From Nemertoderma westbladi (Eukaryota > Animalia > Xenacoelomorpha), in assembly GCA_032718475.1 (NCBI GenBank), contig JAUCBJ010008313.1, positions 124,001-188,000 on the forward strand: a stretch of DNA of 64,000 nucleotides. Direction: 5' to 3'. Under the pieces are notes generated by a model, which worked only from the letters and a program-made list of their open reading frames with translations, was not told the origin of the DNA and did not search any database. Each line of letters opens with the position of its first letter. Position 1 is the stretch's first letter. Both the position numbers and the translations under genes were made by a program. Positions 11,493-23,379 of the stretch are shown here, piece by piece.

Positions 11493-12425
11493 GTTTACTC
11501 TAAGCATGTAATGTGATGGGATAATATAATTGTTTTAATGTCAATAACAATAATAAAAACATTAAAATCTGTTTTTTATATCTCAGTTTGACTAAAAGTG
11601 GGGGTGGGGGTGTAGGTTTACACTCTCAAACACACCGCAACTACCGGTAGCCGACTGTTGTATCTGAGTTTAACTACCAGTAGCTGACTTTACACATACA
11701 GACATATAACAGCAGCGGAATGGCTCCCTTCAGTCCTTCTAGACTGACAGCACCCACAGCGCTTTAGCATTACTTACTAGTAATAAAATTAAATTAACTC
11801 GACATGTGGTTCGTGAATGCGGCATTAGAGTGGCCCTCCTAATAATAGGTCTACTGGTACCGTCGCTGTAGCACTCTTGTAACTGTATACTTGGATACTG
11901 GTAGGGCACGCTGGTTTCTCCGATTTAAGGATTAGGCTATTACACTTGAATGCTTCCAATTTTATGTTTACAACTTTAATTGGTCTAATCTACATTATTA
12001 TTATTGCTGCGGGGGTACCGGTACTACTGTTGCATAGGTAAGCCTATACAGCTATAGTTAACTTTATGCGGCCCCCCTCTTTCGAATGTTGACCCAATAT
12101 GGTTTACGGTTAACCTTTAGAACTCGCGGATAGGCACACCTTCAATCGGTTAGGCATATAGGCCTAATGACTACTCCTCAACTGAAAGCCGGCTAGCTCA
12201 TTGATACAATAGGTGTGGCTAGCAATATATAAAATTCACCGCTCACAAGTTCATTCATTCACTCCATGTTGTAGGCCTATATAAAACATAGTTAGTTTAT
12301 TTATGTATTCGCTTTTTTAATTAGATATAAAATATACAATACAATACAAAAACCTACTGATACCGGTAACACATTAACACTGAACCAAACAGACGTGACT
12401 AATTATATACCTACGAGTCTACTTG

Positions 12426-12776
12426 CTACTGGTGTATTCTTGGATCTGTCGGAAGTAGTAGAGTCGGAGCAGGAGCTACTGATATTTCTTCTTGTTCTTC
12501 CCAGTGCTCACCCCTACTATAATTATCCAGACTTATCTGGTGAGCTTCTCCTGGTTGGACCCGAATGTTTAAATTAAAGTTTTTATTTGTTGACAATGTA
12601 GTTTGTCGACCTTCGCCGCTCGTTTTATTCTTAACCATTATACTAATCTCACCATTGTTATTTTTCAAATGTAATTCTGTTACATTTAATGATGTGAAAA
12701 AGAGTTCTTCCCCATCGAGATCAAATTTTAGTAAACAGTCGCTGCTATCTCTATTTTCAATAAATGAAAACGCCAT
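12426..12776 (-). CDS. Hypothetical Polinton protein
   Basis: ATG-initiated 116-aa ORF in the minus-strand gene block, AT-rich flanks, no motif recognised. Confidence 0.45.
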   Translation of the reverse strand: MAFSFIENRDSSDCLLKFDLDGEELFFTSLNVTELHLKNNNGEISIMVKNKTSGEGRQTTLSTNKNFNLNIRVQPGEAHQISLDNYSRGEHWEEQEEISVAPAPTLLLPTDPRIHQ

Positions 12777-13372
12777 GTTGAATGTTGGATGTTGGTTGAT
12801 TGATTGATTGATTGATTAAATGAAAGATCGCCGGAACTGAAGTTTGGAGGTTAGTTTTTTTTTCAAGTATGAATATAAGTTGGTCTATACCGGTATTTTA
12901 TTTTTTTTATTTACGGTAACAAAATTATACTTGAGATAGAAAAAATTGAGTTTATATATATTTTTGTAGTGGGTCGCAGATGTTTACATTACAAAATTCA
13001 CATAGTTAACAAAATGCCGAACATAAACCTTTCCCATGCGGATTAGCAATATATGCTCTGTTCTTTGTTCTATTCTGAATGTAGGGAAATGCATAGCTGA
13101 TGTTTTAATAATATGTACTGGTATATAGGCTAGTAACAGATAGGAGGGCTTCGACTTTGACTATGAATACCAGTACATAGCCCTAAACTTTTCTCACCGA
13201 GCTTAGCGTTGCCTGCTGCACACACACACACTCGCACACACTCACTCTCATAAGTAACAGATGCGCTACTGTAGCTCACTCGAGAGCTGCGATGCTTAGC
13301 TAGCTAGCTAGCTAGCTACTGTCTCTGGGTATACTATGCATACTTGTGAGTTACAAGCAATCGCTCTACCGA

Positions 13373-13413
<41 letters not shown>

Positions 13414-13564
13414 ATTTCCCCAACTAGTTGTTGATTTAAAAAATATTCATAAATTTCTTCTCCCTCCAATTTAATATATATATATATATATCGGTATATA
13501 TTTTACAGTAAAAAATCTCCACCACCAAACAACAACAATAAATTTCACTCTCTCTAATTATATT

Positions 13565-14134
13565 TTACATCAAAAACCCACCACCAAACAATAATAAATT
13601 ATTAACCAGTTTGTTGAATATAGGATAATATATATGAAATTTAAACAGAGAACACATTAATGTACATTTACCAGTGTAGAAGCAGCAAACAACAACAATA
13701 TTATTTATTCTGACTTTACAGTTATTGAATATTTCGGGGTCGTATGAAATTTCTAGTTTAACATTATCAAATATAACATAAAACCCGATATTGTTTATAA
13801 GTAACCTATAGATTACGGTGTCGATACTAAAAATATAAGTACACAAATTGATAGATTTAAAAATCAAATTAATGTTTGTTTTTTCGAATATATGCTTTTT
13901 CACTTTATTAAAATTATATTTTCTACTGAGAATTGTTATTCGTCCATTTGTAAACATTAATATGGTTGCACCAAATACCTTATATATAAACTGATTAGGT
14001 TTGAGTACAATTTTACCTGTCAATTTATTTTTTAATTCTTTTAAATTAAGTCCATAACTGATCTGCTTACAACTTATATTTTTATTTACTATTTGATAAT
14101 TCATCATCAACATCATCGCCTTTTGGTTCTTCAT
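13565..14134 (-). CDS. Divergent TATA-binding-protein-like protein
   Basis: Two TBP half-repeats: QIVNKNISC...ATILMFTNGRITIL and INLCTYIF...SYDPEIF...VVCCFYTGKCTL; likely start M at 14104 overlaps the polB end. Confidence 0.75.
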   Translation of the reverse strand: MKNQKAMMLMMNYQIVNKNISCKQISYGLNLKELKNKLTGKIVLKPNQFIYKVFGATILMFTNGRITILSRKYNFNKVKKHIFEKTNINLIFKSINLCTYIFSIDTVIYRLLINNIGFYVIFDNVKLEISYDPEIFNNCKVRINNIVVVCCFYTGKCTLMCSLFKFHIYYPIFNKLVNNLLLFGGGFLM

Positions 14135-17100
14135 AAATTGGTATATTTGATATTTTTATAGGTTTTTTGAGGTTTGTTTTATAGTGCCCCCAAGGAAGTG
14201 ATTGATTTTTATTAACCCAATAAAGTTTATCATCAAAGCTACTGAGTGCAAATTTATTTTGCTTTAAGGTATAAAAACGATGTAATTTAGATTGAAATCT
14301 GTGTATGTTTTTTTTTTATTTCTTCATTTGAGTTATATGCTTTTAAATATTCTTCATGTGTAATATTCGTTTCCACAACAGCTCTTGTAATACCTTTTGC
14401 TCTACAAATATTTTTGTTATTCCATTCCAAAATTGAATATAATTTTGGTCTTAAAAATACAGCTTGTTTAATTTCACGTGAGGCTAGTTCATCTTTACAG
14501 TAATAAAGTCTAGATTTATTTTTATTACTATAAAGCGGGTGATCCTTAGGGTAATTGGATGTATCTAAAATATTATTTTTAATTAATGCTTTTAAAAAAT
14601 TATTCTGCGATGTATTATATGTAACAACCTATTAATGAGTCTGTATCTGATGCAGCAATTTCAATACGGCAGTTTAATTCTTTCTCAATAGGTAGCAATT
14701 TATCGTAGTACAGCTCATACATATCCAGTTTAGCCGAATCCAACACTGTGCTACCAATAAATATAGGCTTATCGAGAGTTACAGTGTCTTTCACTAATAA
14801 ATGTCCCGATAATGTATTATTGTATATTATAAATTGTTCATGATTAATACGATTCACCAATTGGTCACATTTATCATTGCTATTTGCGATATGAAAGTTA
14901 CATCGATCCCGTATCTTTTCTATTGACTTACCAAATAAAGAGTTATTAAGCAACTTTGCGACAGCTGTTTCAATGTAACTTTTTGCTAGTAGCCTTTGAT
15001 TAATATTAAAATCTATGTAATTTTTAAATACAAATTCTTGTTGAAAAGAATATAATTTATGTAGTTTAGTAACAATTAATCCATGTTTTATATAAAATTT
15101 TAACAGTTTCAAATGTAAATGATAAAATTCTTTATCAAATTGCGTCAGCAAGAGTTTTGGTGTAGGCATCTTATATTTACTGGAGGTACCTCTTTGGATC
15201 GATAAGTTATTAAATTGTTCCCTCATATAAGGTGAAAGCATTGATTCATTTATACTTAAATGCTCTGGGGCTAACGGTAATTGTAATGTTTGATCGTGAA
15301 TAGCTTTGGGGTAATTTAAATCACATATTAAAAAATATCCAGTAGATCCGTCATTGTCTAAATCTACCAAGTAATTAGTTTTTCTGGAATTGCATTCTCT
15401 AAATGTTTAATACTTACTTCTTTGAATTGTGAGGTGGGTAGTCTTTTACTTAAATTCCCAGAATATAAAGAGTTGAAATCAATATTAAAAATATGGCATT
15501 CTTCCTTAAAGTAGAATCATATGTACTTGTTTCGGGTATATTTGATTCTATATAATGCTTTCGACAAAATGAAACACCACCCCTAATTGATTTTTCAAAA
15601 TCTCTATATGTCTGATAATCCTTTATTAATTCTATTTTACATTTATTATATTTTAGTGCGCAATCATAGGTAAATGACGCAATACTACAGTAAAAAACCA
15701 CTTCTAAATCGTAATTTTGTTTACAAACATTCCTAAAATTCTCAAATATATCAGCAAGCAAACAAACATCGAGTTTTAAATAGGCTAAAAGATAATCTTT
15801 GAGATTCACACAGACGAATTCTACCCATGATAATCCCGCAAACCTATAATCTTCAATTGTGCATGTTTTTTGACTTAAGTTACTAAAAAAATTATTTATA
15901 GATGGTAAACCAGTATCATTAAATTTATTTATATCTGTCAAGTACTCGTATGGAAATACTCCTTTCTGATTAATTGTTGAGTTATTCAAGTTTGGATAAA
16001 AATATTTCATTTCTTGTAGAGTAATAGGTAAAATTGAGCTTATATCATGACTCGCTACATCCTTTGTTACTAAATTACTTAAAGAAAAGCTTAAAAATTG
16101 ATATGTGTCTAAGACACGTAACTCAATTTTTTTAGAAGTGTTTTTAATTGGGATAAATGCACTCAGTGAAATATATCGTTCTGTATTTCTCGGTTATAAC
16201 CTTTATATCCCAATCCGTGTATTTCTTATCTCTAAATCCGGTTTGTAATATACAATGTATATCATAATTATTGGAATTGTGCCCGCAAAGTTCATACAGG
16301 TATCGTTTCAATGATAAACTTCGGTTACAACTATTACAGGCTGCCGCAATATATTTACCTGTAATATGTGAATGATGTCTGTTTTTCCCTACATTATTAT
16401 TTAAAGTAGCATTACAATAGAAACAAAATTTTGCCTGTTCAAAATTTACAAAATCAATATTAGTAAATAACATAGTTTTATGAGTGTATATTTCTGACCA
16501 ACAACATAATTCAGTTAAATCAGTATATAATGAATCTAAGAAATCTTGAATACAATTATTATTATTTGACTTTACAAATGTTTTCAAATGACATTTTGGA
16601 GGATCAATTAATTCACTATTGGGAACAATTAAATAACTCACAGCACACGGTATATGCTCCTGTACAAATTGATTATTAACTGAAGGTTGTAAGATACATT
16701 CTATATCAAAGTAGGTGACAAACAATGGGGATAAGGTTCTATAAAAATTTGTAAAACTAATGTGTGTTCTTTTTTTATTAGGTAGTTTCTCTCGTTGACT
16801 TCTTCCTTGGTAGCAGACGAGACGGTGTCGATGAAGAACTTCCGCTCGAAAAAAGTGTCCCAAACACCTTTCACAATATTTCCTATTGTGGATATGAAGA
16901 GCTCTCGTATTCAGCAATCGATTCAAGTTAGTTATGCAAACATAATGATTCAGTTTAGGTACATTGTTATTTTTTACTACAAGTAATATATTTAATAACT
17001 CTTTATCAGGTGTAATTTTACTAAACGGTGGTTGTCTTAATATACATACGGGGGTGCGTTTGTTGTCGTTATTCAAACATAGTAAATTAATTATATATTT

Positions 17101-17403
17101 AGAATTTTGTTTTTCAAAAAGTTTAATCGCTAACTGCCACTCTGTTGGATAATCATTTTTCCCGTTGTCAAAAATGAAATGACTCATATAATTTTTGTAC
17201 GACGAAGTATGGTTTTTGTTGTTTTTCACTTTGCTAGCAAATTTTGCGGTTATAATAGCCCATTTGAAACAGTCATTATCAACCGTTTGTATATTTATTG
17301 TACATTTTTTAGCTGATAGAGCCTTAGGTAATTCCATATATCCATGCCCCTTATATAGTAACGACCTACACTTAGATTCAGCTAATTTAATTTCAACCCT
17401 TAA

Positions 17404-18960
17404 CCCTATTAAACCCGGGGTGGGGGGGTCAATATGACCCCCCCCGTGGTTTTTTTATTATAATTCTGAAACAAAAGCAGTTGGGAATCTGAAATTTTAG
17501 GACTTTTCCTAAAAATCTATTGTCTTTCTAGTAGTGAAAACCGTTTTCAAAAATATTGGGTACTTTTCGAGTTATAGCACCATTTTTTAACCGTACTTTT
17601 GGCACTTTTTTTGAGACGTTTTTTGAAAATTACATTTCATTAAATATGAATTGTAACATCTCTATTTTTGATTTACACCGGTTTTTTGGTGTTAGAAATT
17701 TGATGGAATTCATATAAATTGATTTAGAAATTTCAAACTTGTTTTTTTTGGTGGGTGCCAAATTTTGGTGCCAGCACCAAATTTTGAAATAAGTCAATTT
17801 TGTAAATTGATCGTTTGAAACTTGTTTTCTACGCAATTGGGGTTTTTTGGGTTTCTGGATTCGATGAAATATATACGAGTTGCACCAAACGTATCAAACT
17901 AGTATTTTTCGGTGCTGTGTGCAAATTTTGGTGCTAGCACGAAATTTTGAAAATCCAGTCAATAGATAAAATTGCTTGTGACAATTTATTTCTTGCGTTT
18001 TAGAGGTTTATGGCTGTTCTGAATTCAATGGAAAATATAATTATCGAACTAGACATCTCAAACTTGTATTTTTCGGATGTGGGTGCAAAATGTGGTGCTA
18101 GCACCAAATTTTGAAAACCATCAAATATATCAATTGATTGTGTCACCTTGTTTCTTGCGTTATACGGGTTTGTGATGGTTCTGAATTCAATGGAATCAGT
18201 AAAAATTTCATAAGAGTTCTCAAACTTGTATTTTTCGCTGGTGGGTGAAAATTGTTGTGCCAGCACCAAATTTTGGAAAATATGCAAATTGATAAGTAGA
18301 TAGTATCACCTTGTATCTTGCGTTATACGGGTTTATGAGGGTCCTGAATCCGATGGAATCAATAAAAACAGCACTGGACATCGCAAACTTGTACTTTTTG
18401 GTGATGGGTACGAAATTTGGTGCTAGCACCAAAATTTGCCAAATTACGCCGAAAAATACAAGTAGCAACGATCTGGCATATTAGAAATGTATTCCATTGG
18501 AATCAGCGCCCTCGAAAACCTGAAAATGTGAGTTTATAGCATCGTATAAGTGAATTAAAAATTTTGTGTTCTAACTGAAAAGTGCTGGTTACTTGTTTTT
18601 TTCATTTTTTTCCTACGCAGAGAGGACTAAACAGCCATTTATAGTAATCATATCATTTTTTAATATTTTCCAATGTATTTTGCACCCCAGAAAACCTGTA
18701 TTGAAAAATAATTAGCCGAAAATGTAACTTTCAAATTTGGTGAAAATTGTGCACTACTTGTAATTTTGGTGCTGCAATATAACCACCCCAGTACATTTTT
18801 TCGAAAATTTTTTTTTTCGGTCGGATCCAGACAAGTGATACCTACGTACAAACAAAAAATAGGACGTTTTCGTAAATATTTGTAGATTTTAGAGGGGGGG
18901 GGTCAATATGACCCCCCCCCCGGTATTTGTACAACATTTTATAGCCCGGTACTAATAGGG
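17404..18960. mobile_element. Non-autonomous piggyBac-like element with internal ~163-bp tandem array (copy 1)
   Basis: TTAA|CCCTATTA...TAATAGGG|TTAA; subterminal GGGGTCAATATGACCCC palindromes; inverted copy at 40147-41716. Confidence 0.9.
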
Positions 18961-18964
18961 TTAA

Positions 18965-20125
18965 GGGGGGGGGTAGCGCATTTTCTGACCAAAAAGTCGA
19001 ATTTTTGAAACATATCCTATCTGATGCAGAATTTCATGCTGAATCTAAATATGGAAACCGTTTTCCTATGTCTTGCTTACTTTTCGAGATATCTGGGATA
19101 GAAGAGACTGGCTCCGATATATCGCGATATTGGTAAGGCGATAAAGTTTGGGGTTTGCATTCAATTTCTGCAAATTTCTGTGCTCAGTGGTGCTAATTGG
19201 ATGTCTCCACGAGAAAGAGCACAAAATTTTAATTGAGAAGGTATTTTTTTATGATTATTGGACCTACTGATCAGTTTATAAGACAACTTCATGTCTACAG
19301 AATGAAGACGGGACTTGAATAAGCGACTCTGCGGTCTTTGCGGGATTATACGGAATAGACTTATCGGTCATCGGAGATCTTCAAAATGTATAATCTCCAG
19401 TTCTAGTGGTCGTACGGAGTTCGTTTAGGGCTCATTCGAAAGCTCTTTTCTCAGAGACCAAAGTTACCATTTGGTTTGGCAAACTCTTGAAAGCTGCCGG
19501 AGCAATCATAACTTGAACAAAATTTGCAAGGCATATTTTACCAAAATTCATGTTATGTTGCTTTAGAACCATTTTGTCTTAAATCAAATGGTAACTTTGT
19601 TCTCTAAGAAAAGAGCTTTCGAATGAGCCTAAAACGAACTTCGTACGACCACTAGAACTGGAGATTATACATTTTGAAGATCTCCGATGACCGATAAGTC
19701 TATTCCGTGTAATCCCGCAAAGACCGCAGAGTCGCTTATTTGAGTCCCGTCTTCATTCCGGAGACTTGAAGTTGTCTTATAAACTGATCAGTAGGTCCAA
19801 TAATCATAAAAAAATACTTTCTAAAAAATTAATAAAAAAAAAATATTTAAAATTTTGTGCTCTTTCTCGTGGAGACATCCAATTGGCACCAATGGGCACA
19901 GAAATTTGCAGAAATTGAATGCAAACCCCAAACTTCATCGCCTTACCGATATCGCGATATATCAGAGCCAGTATCTTCTATGCCAGATATCTCGAAAAAT
20001 AAGCAAGATATGGGAAAACGGTTTCCATATTTGGATTCAGCATGAAATTCTGCATCAGATAGGATATGTTTCAAAAATTCGTCTTTTTGGTCAGAAAATG
20101 CGCTACCCCCCCCCCCCCCCCCCCC
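18965..20125. mobile_element. Non-autonomous foldback DNA transposon, Kolobok-like
   Basis: TTAA TSD, G-run termini (GGGG..TAGCGCA / TGCGCTA..CCCC), ~510-bp inverted arms around a ~110-bp spacer. Confidence 0.85.
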
Positions 20126-20616
20126 TTAATAAAGATTTAACGCGCCATCCTGAGCCACGTGTGTTAAAGATGGCTATTTTTTGTAATATATTTTCCACCA
20201 CATACTCAAACCATGTGTCAAAACTTTGTGATGAATCTACAGTATTAATAGTACCACCGGAAGAATTAAAATAAAAGGTTTCCAATTGCTCGTCTTCTGA
20301 AAAATGTGATCTGTACATTAATACATTTAGACCTAACCACAGTCTAAGAACATTCATTTCTTTCAATCTATCTAATATTAACTGAAGAATATTACCTCGA
20401 ATTTGCGTTAATGCTGTTTCTACATCGGGATAATCTCTAGAAGTTGGGAGGTCGTGGACATAAATTTCAAGACGATTATCGTGAGCTTCTTGTTCCCGCG
20501 TAAAAATTGTTGCGCATGTACCAAGAGCCACCCTTAAGTTTTTTCTTGATAATATATTTTTATGTTGGGGAGATTTACGCTTTCTTGTGTAATAACATTT
20601 CAAGTGACTGTCGTGT

Positions 20617-21151
20617 TGTGACGGGATCCAGGAAGGATCCCGATTTATCCGGTTGTTTAATTCACTCGACCCCGCCGTGTGTATGAAAGGTAAAAGGGAA
20701 TCCGTGTCGTTCGTTGTATATAATAACTGATATAGATATAGGGTATATAGATAATGTTGTCGTATACAGAAGGCGGGATACGGTAATTAAAGTCCCGGTC
20801 CTTCCCTAGCTAAACTAACTAACCTAAACTAGCACCAATATTACACTGAGATAACTGGACTGATATGATTACTGCCAAGTGGCTATATTGCACGGTTGGC
20901 CTTGTTACTCTACCTAACCGATGCCTTTCCCCCCTCTGATTGGTTGATACCCTTGTTGGCGCCCTTTGGAGTGTTCCCGTTCACTCCACCTGTTCTCTCT
21001 GGGTTAGGGGTTTGGCCCCTGACCCTCATTGTGTGTTTCCTTCCCATTTTGTTGGGGTGGCACGAGTTGGTTGATTACCCAATCTCGTGGCTCCCAATAT
21101 TGCTTATCGGCTTAACTTTATGGGGTGTTAGCGGGATTGAATAAGCTAACA
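20617..21151 (-). mobile_element. BEL/Pao solo LTR related to the element B LTR
   Basis: TG...CA, 5-bp TSD CGTGT on both sides; removal restores ENYLRH|DSHLKCYY in polB. Confidence 0.95.
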
Positions 21152-21594
21152 CGTGTCTTAAATAATTCTCATATGTATACTCTTTATTACAGGTAGAACA
21201 AGTCAATTGATAGGTACGGAACTCCATTTCTTTACAACCAGTAGTTGATTCATGTCGTTTACAAATTTCTCTGCATGAAGTCACGACATGACACTTAAAA
21301 CAAGAATAACCTTCAAAATGTGACCGTAGGTGGCGTAAATAATTATGTCTAGTTACATTCATATGACAGAATGAACAACATTTTGTTATTTTATCCATGT
21401 TAAAGTTTGTTTAGATTAATAATAATAATAATAATAATATATCACCAAAGATTAAAATAAAATGAAATGAAATGAAATGAAATGTTATTGACTATATCTA
21501 AACATTTATATGCTAGCGAGTGAAATAATTTTAAATCAATCACCAATCGCTTATGGGTATTGGAAACCTCAAAGAGTTTAACTTATGATCAGGT

Positions 21595-22653
21595 TTACAT
21601 TTTAGAATAATAATCTGGTTTCCATGGAGAATTAGTAACTGGATCTACTGGAACTAGGTTACAGGCAACTTTCTTTGCAGGTGATGCGTTGGTAAATTTA
21701 CTCGATGATCTTGGCTTCCGAGGTAATATTTCAGGAAAGACCTGTTGCGGTTGAGAGCAACTCTCTTCAACATCCGGATTAGGTGATGGGATCTCTACGA
21801 ATGCTTTAGGTTTATCCAAAAGGACAAAACCATCTACATTGGCTTCAGTAAGAGAAACACCATCCATAGCCTCTTTGAGAAAACTAATATGGGCTTTATC
21901 CTTCAAGTAATGCAACTCAATAGAATTTCCACCTGCTCCTACTTCAGTAGAATTATCGGTGTTGGTGATAATAATTTTTTTATTATTGGTTTTAATCATT
22001 TTGAGACGGTCTGATAATTGAATGATATTTTTATCAAAAAGATGCTTGTCTGTTTCATCGATTTGGGTGTCCCACTCTCGCAACAAAACGGTTAGTTCCT
22101 GATTTGACAAATTGAAACCCGTATAATAGTTAAAACCAACACTATCAGCGTATCTGAGGCTGATTTTCCATAAGCCAACATAGTTGGTTCCTTTAAAAGC
22201 TGTTACAAATCCAATAAACTCTGGATTTGATAATTCAATGTAGAATTGATCGCTAATAATCTCTAGCGGTGGAGAGAGAAATTGCAATAATTTCCCTCTG
22301 TATTGAATTAGAACTTCAGTAAAAGCTTTGTTGAGAACTTTACATTTGCCTTGTTTCTGAACGTAAACATCACCCGACGTGGGGTTGATAGAAATATTCA
22401 AATTTCCTTGCACAAAACGAAGAGCAGCATATATCCTACCTGGTATAATTGCTGGTCTGGATTGATGTTGGTTGTTGTTGGTTGTTTCTAGAATGTCTAG
22501 CAAATAGCGGGTATCTTGATGGGAAAAACAAATTAATTCGTTGTCCTCCTGAGATTCCACAATAAAATACTTGTTGTGAACGACGGTACAAGTATATTTA
22601 TTGTAAGTAAATTTCCAGCTATTTGTTGCTCCAGTTTTTTGCGTTAAGGCCAT
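21595..22653 (-). CDS. Polinton 352-aa protein with PC4/Sub1-like segment (candidate ssDNA-binding protein)
   Basis: Intact ATG ORF upstream of polB; FVTAFKGTNYVGLWK...TGFNLSNQELTVL resembles the PC4 pattern V.V..FKG..YVDIR...KGI.L...QW..L. Confidence 0.55.
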   Translation of the reverse strand: MALTQKTGATNSWKFTYNKYTCTVVHNKYFIVESQEDNELICFSHQDTRYLLDILETTNNNQHQSRPAIIPGRIYAALRFVQGNLNISINPTSGDVYVQKQGKCKVLNKAFTEVLIQYRGKLLQFLSPPLEIISDQFYIELSNPEFIGFVTAFKGTNYVGLWKISLRYADSVGFNYYTGFNLSNQELTVLLREWDTQIDETDKHLFDKNIIQLSDRLKMIKTNNKKIIITNTDNSTEVGAGGNSIELHYLKDKAHISFLKEAMDGVSLTEANVDGFVLLDKPKAFVEIPSPNPDVEESCSQPQQVFPEILPRKPRSSSKFTNASPAKKVACNLVPVDPVTNSPWKPDYYSKM

Positions 22654-22707
22654 AATAATAATAAATACGAAAAATATTATAAGTGATAAGTTTTAAACCG
22701 TATCGCT

Positions 22708-23004
22708 GTAATAAATTGACACCATAGTTCTCACTCTAAAGTTGTGATGGTCGGAAAACAACACCTGAGAAAAATGATACTGATTCCGACATTGGGTATC
22801 GATCAAAAAACGAAAATTGAGCAAGACACTTAGCCCGATTTTCGTTTTTTGATGGATACCCAATGTCGGAATCAGTATCATTTTATGAGGTGTTGTTTTC
22901 CGACCAACGAATATACAACGAGTAAGATAATGAAGAAATTATTAAGGAAATAACACAATTTCAGAGTGAGAACAAAAAAATTAGATATGGTATCAATATA
23001 TTAC
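22708..23004. repeat. Long inverted repeat / hairpin
   Basis: Inner arms 22748-22822 and 22833-22906 nearly perfect; outer arms 22708-22746 and 22955-23004. Confidence 0.9.
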
Positions 23005-23379
23005 CATGAAGATTACAAGTGATGAATTTTAATAAAAACATTCAGTTATATATAATTTCTGGATATGTGATGTGGCATAATCAACGTTGAAGAGATGGGA
23101 TGTGGCATAATCAACGACGAATAAGAAAAGAGATGGGATGCAATGTGGATGAATGGTTGGTTGGTTGGTTGCGTGGATAGGAAATACGCGAACGAATATG
23201 AATCATTGGGTTGTGCGTAATAATAATCAATAATCAATAATTATAATAAAAACGCGCAGTATAATGTTAGTAGTAGGCTTTCAATATGCCGCAGATGCTG
23301 AGGGTTAGGTTAGGTTGAGTAATAACTATGGAAATGTGAGAACGTGTACGTGACGCGTAGCGGAATTTCATGTATCATA

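Larger units (their letters stand above)
14082..21398 (-). pseudogene. polB: Polinton protein-primed family B DNA polymerase with N-terminal zinc fingers, split by three insertions
   Basis: GSGW...ELPKAL..KKCTINI..DNDCFKWAI, YFDIEC, HHSHITGKY..AACNSCN, HNSNNYD, KGVFPYEY, LLADIFENFR, IRGG, KLLNNSLFGK, SDTDS, LRPKLYS, FDDK..LPWGH; stop at 14082. Confidence 0.95.

Noticed and set aside
11500-12400. Intergenic stretch between the convergent Polinton gene blocks
   Set aside because: No convincing ORF, terminal repeat or TSD could be identified
13375-13413. (TTAG)n resembling a telomeric repeat
   Set aside because: Unit is TTAG, not TTAGG/TTAGGG; one of several microsatellites in the intergenic region
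17630-18851. Short ORFs in the piggyBac-like element (also 40262-41493)
   Set aside because: Translations of the tandem array; no transposase motifs
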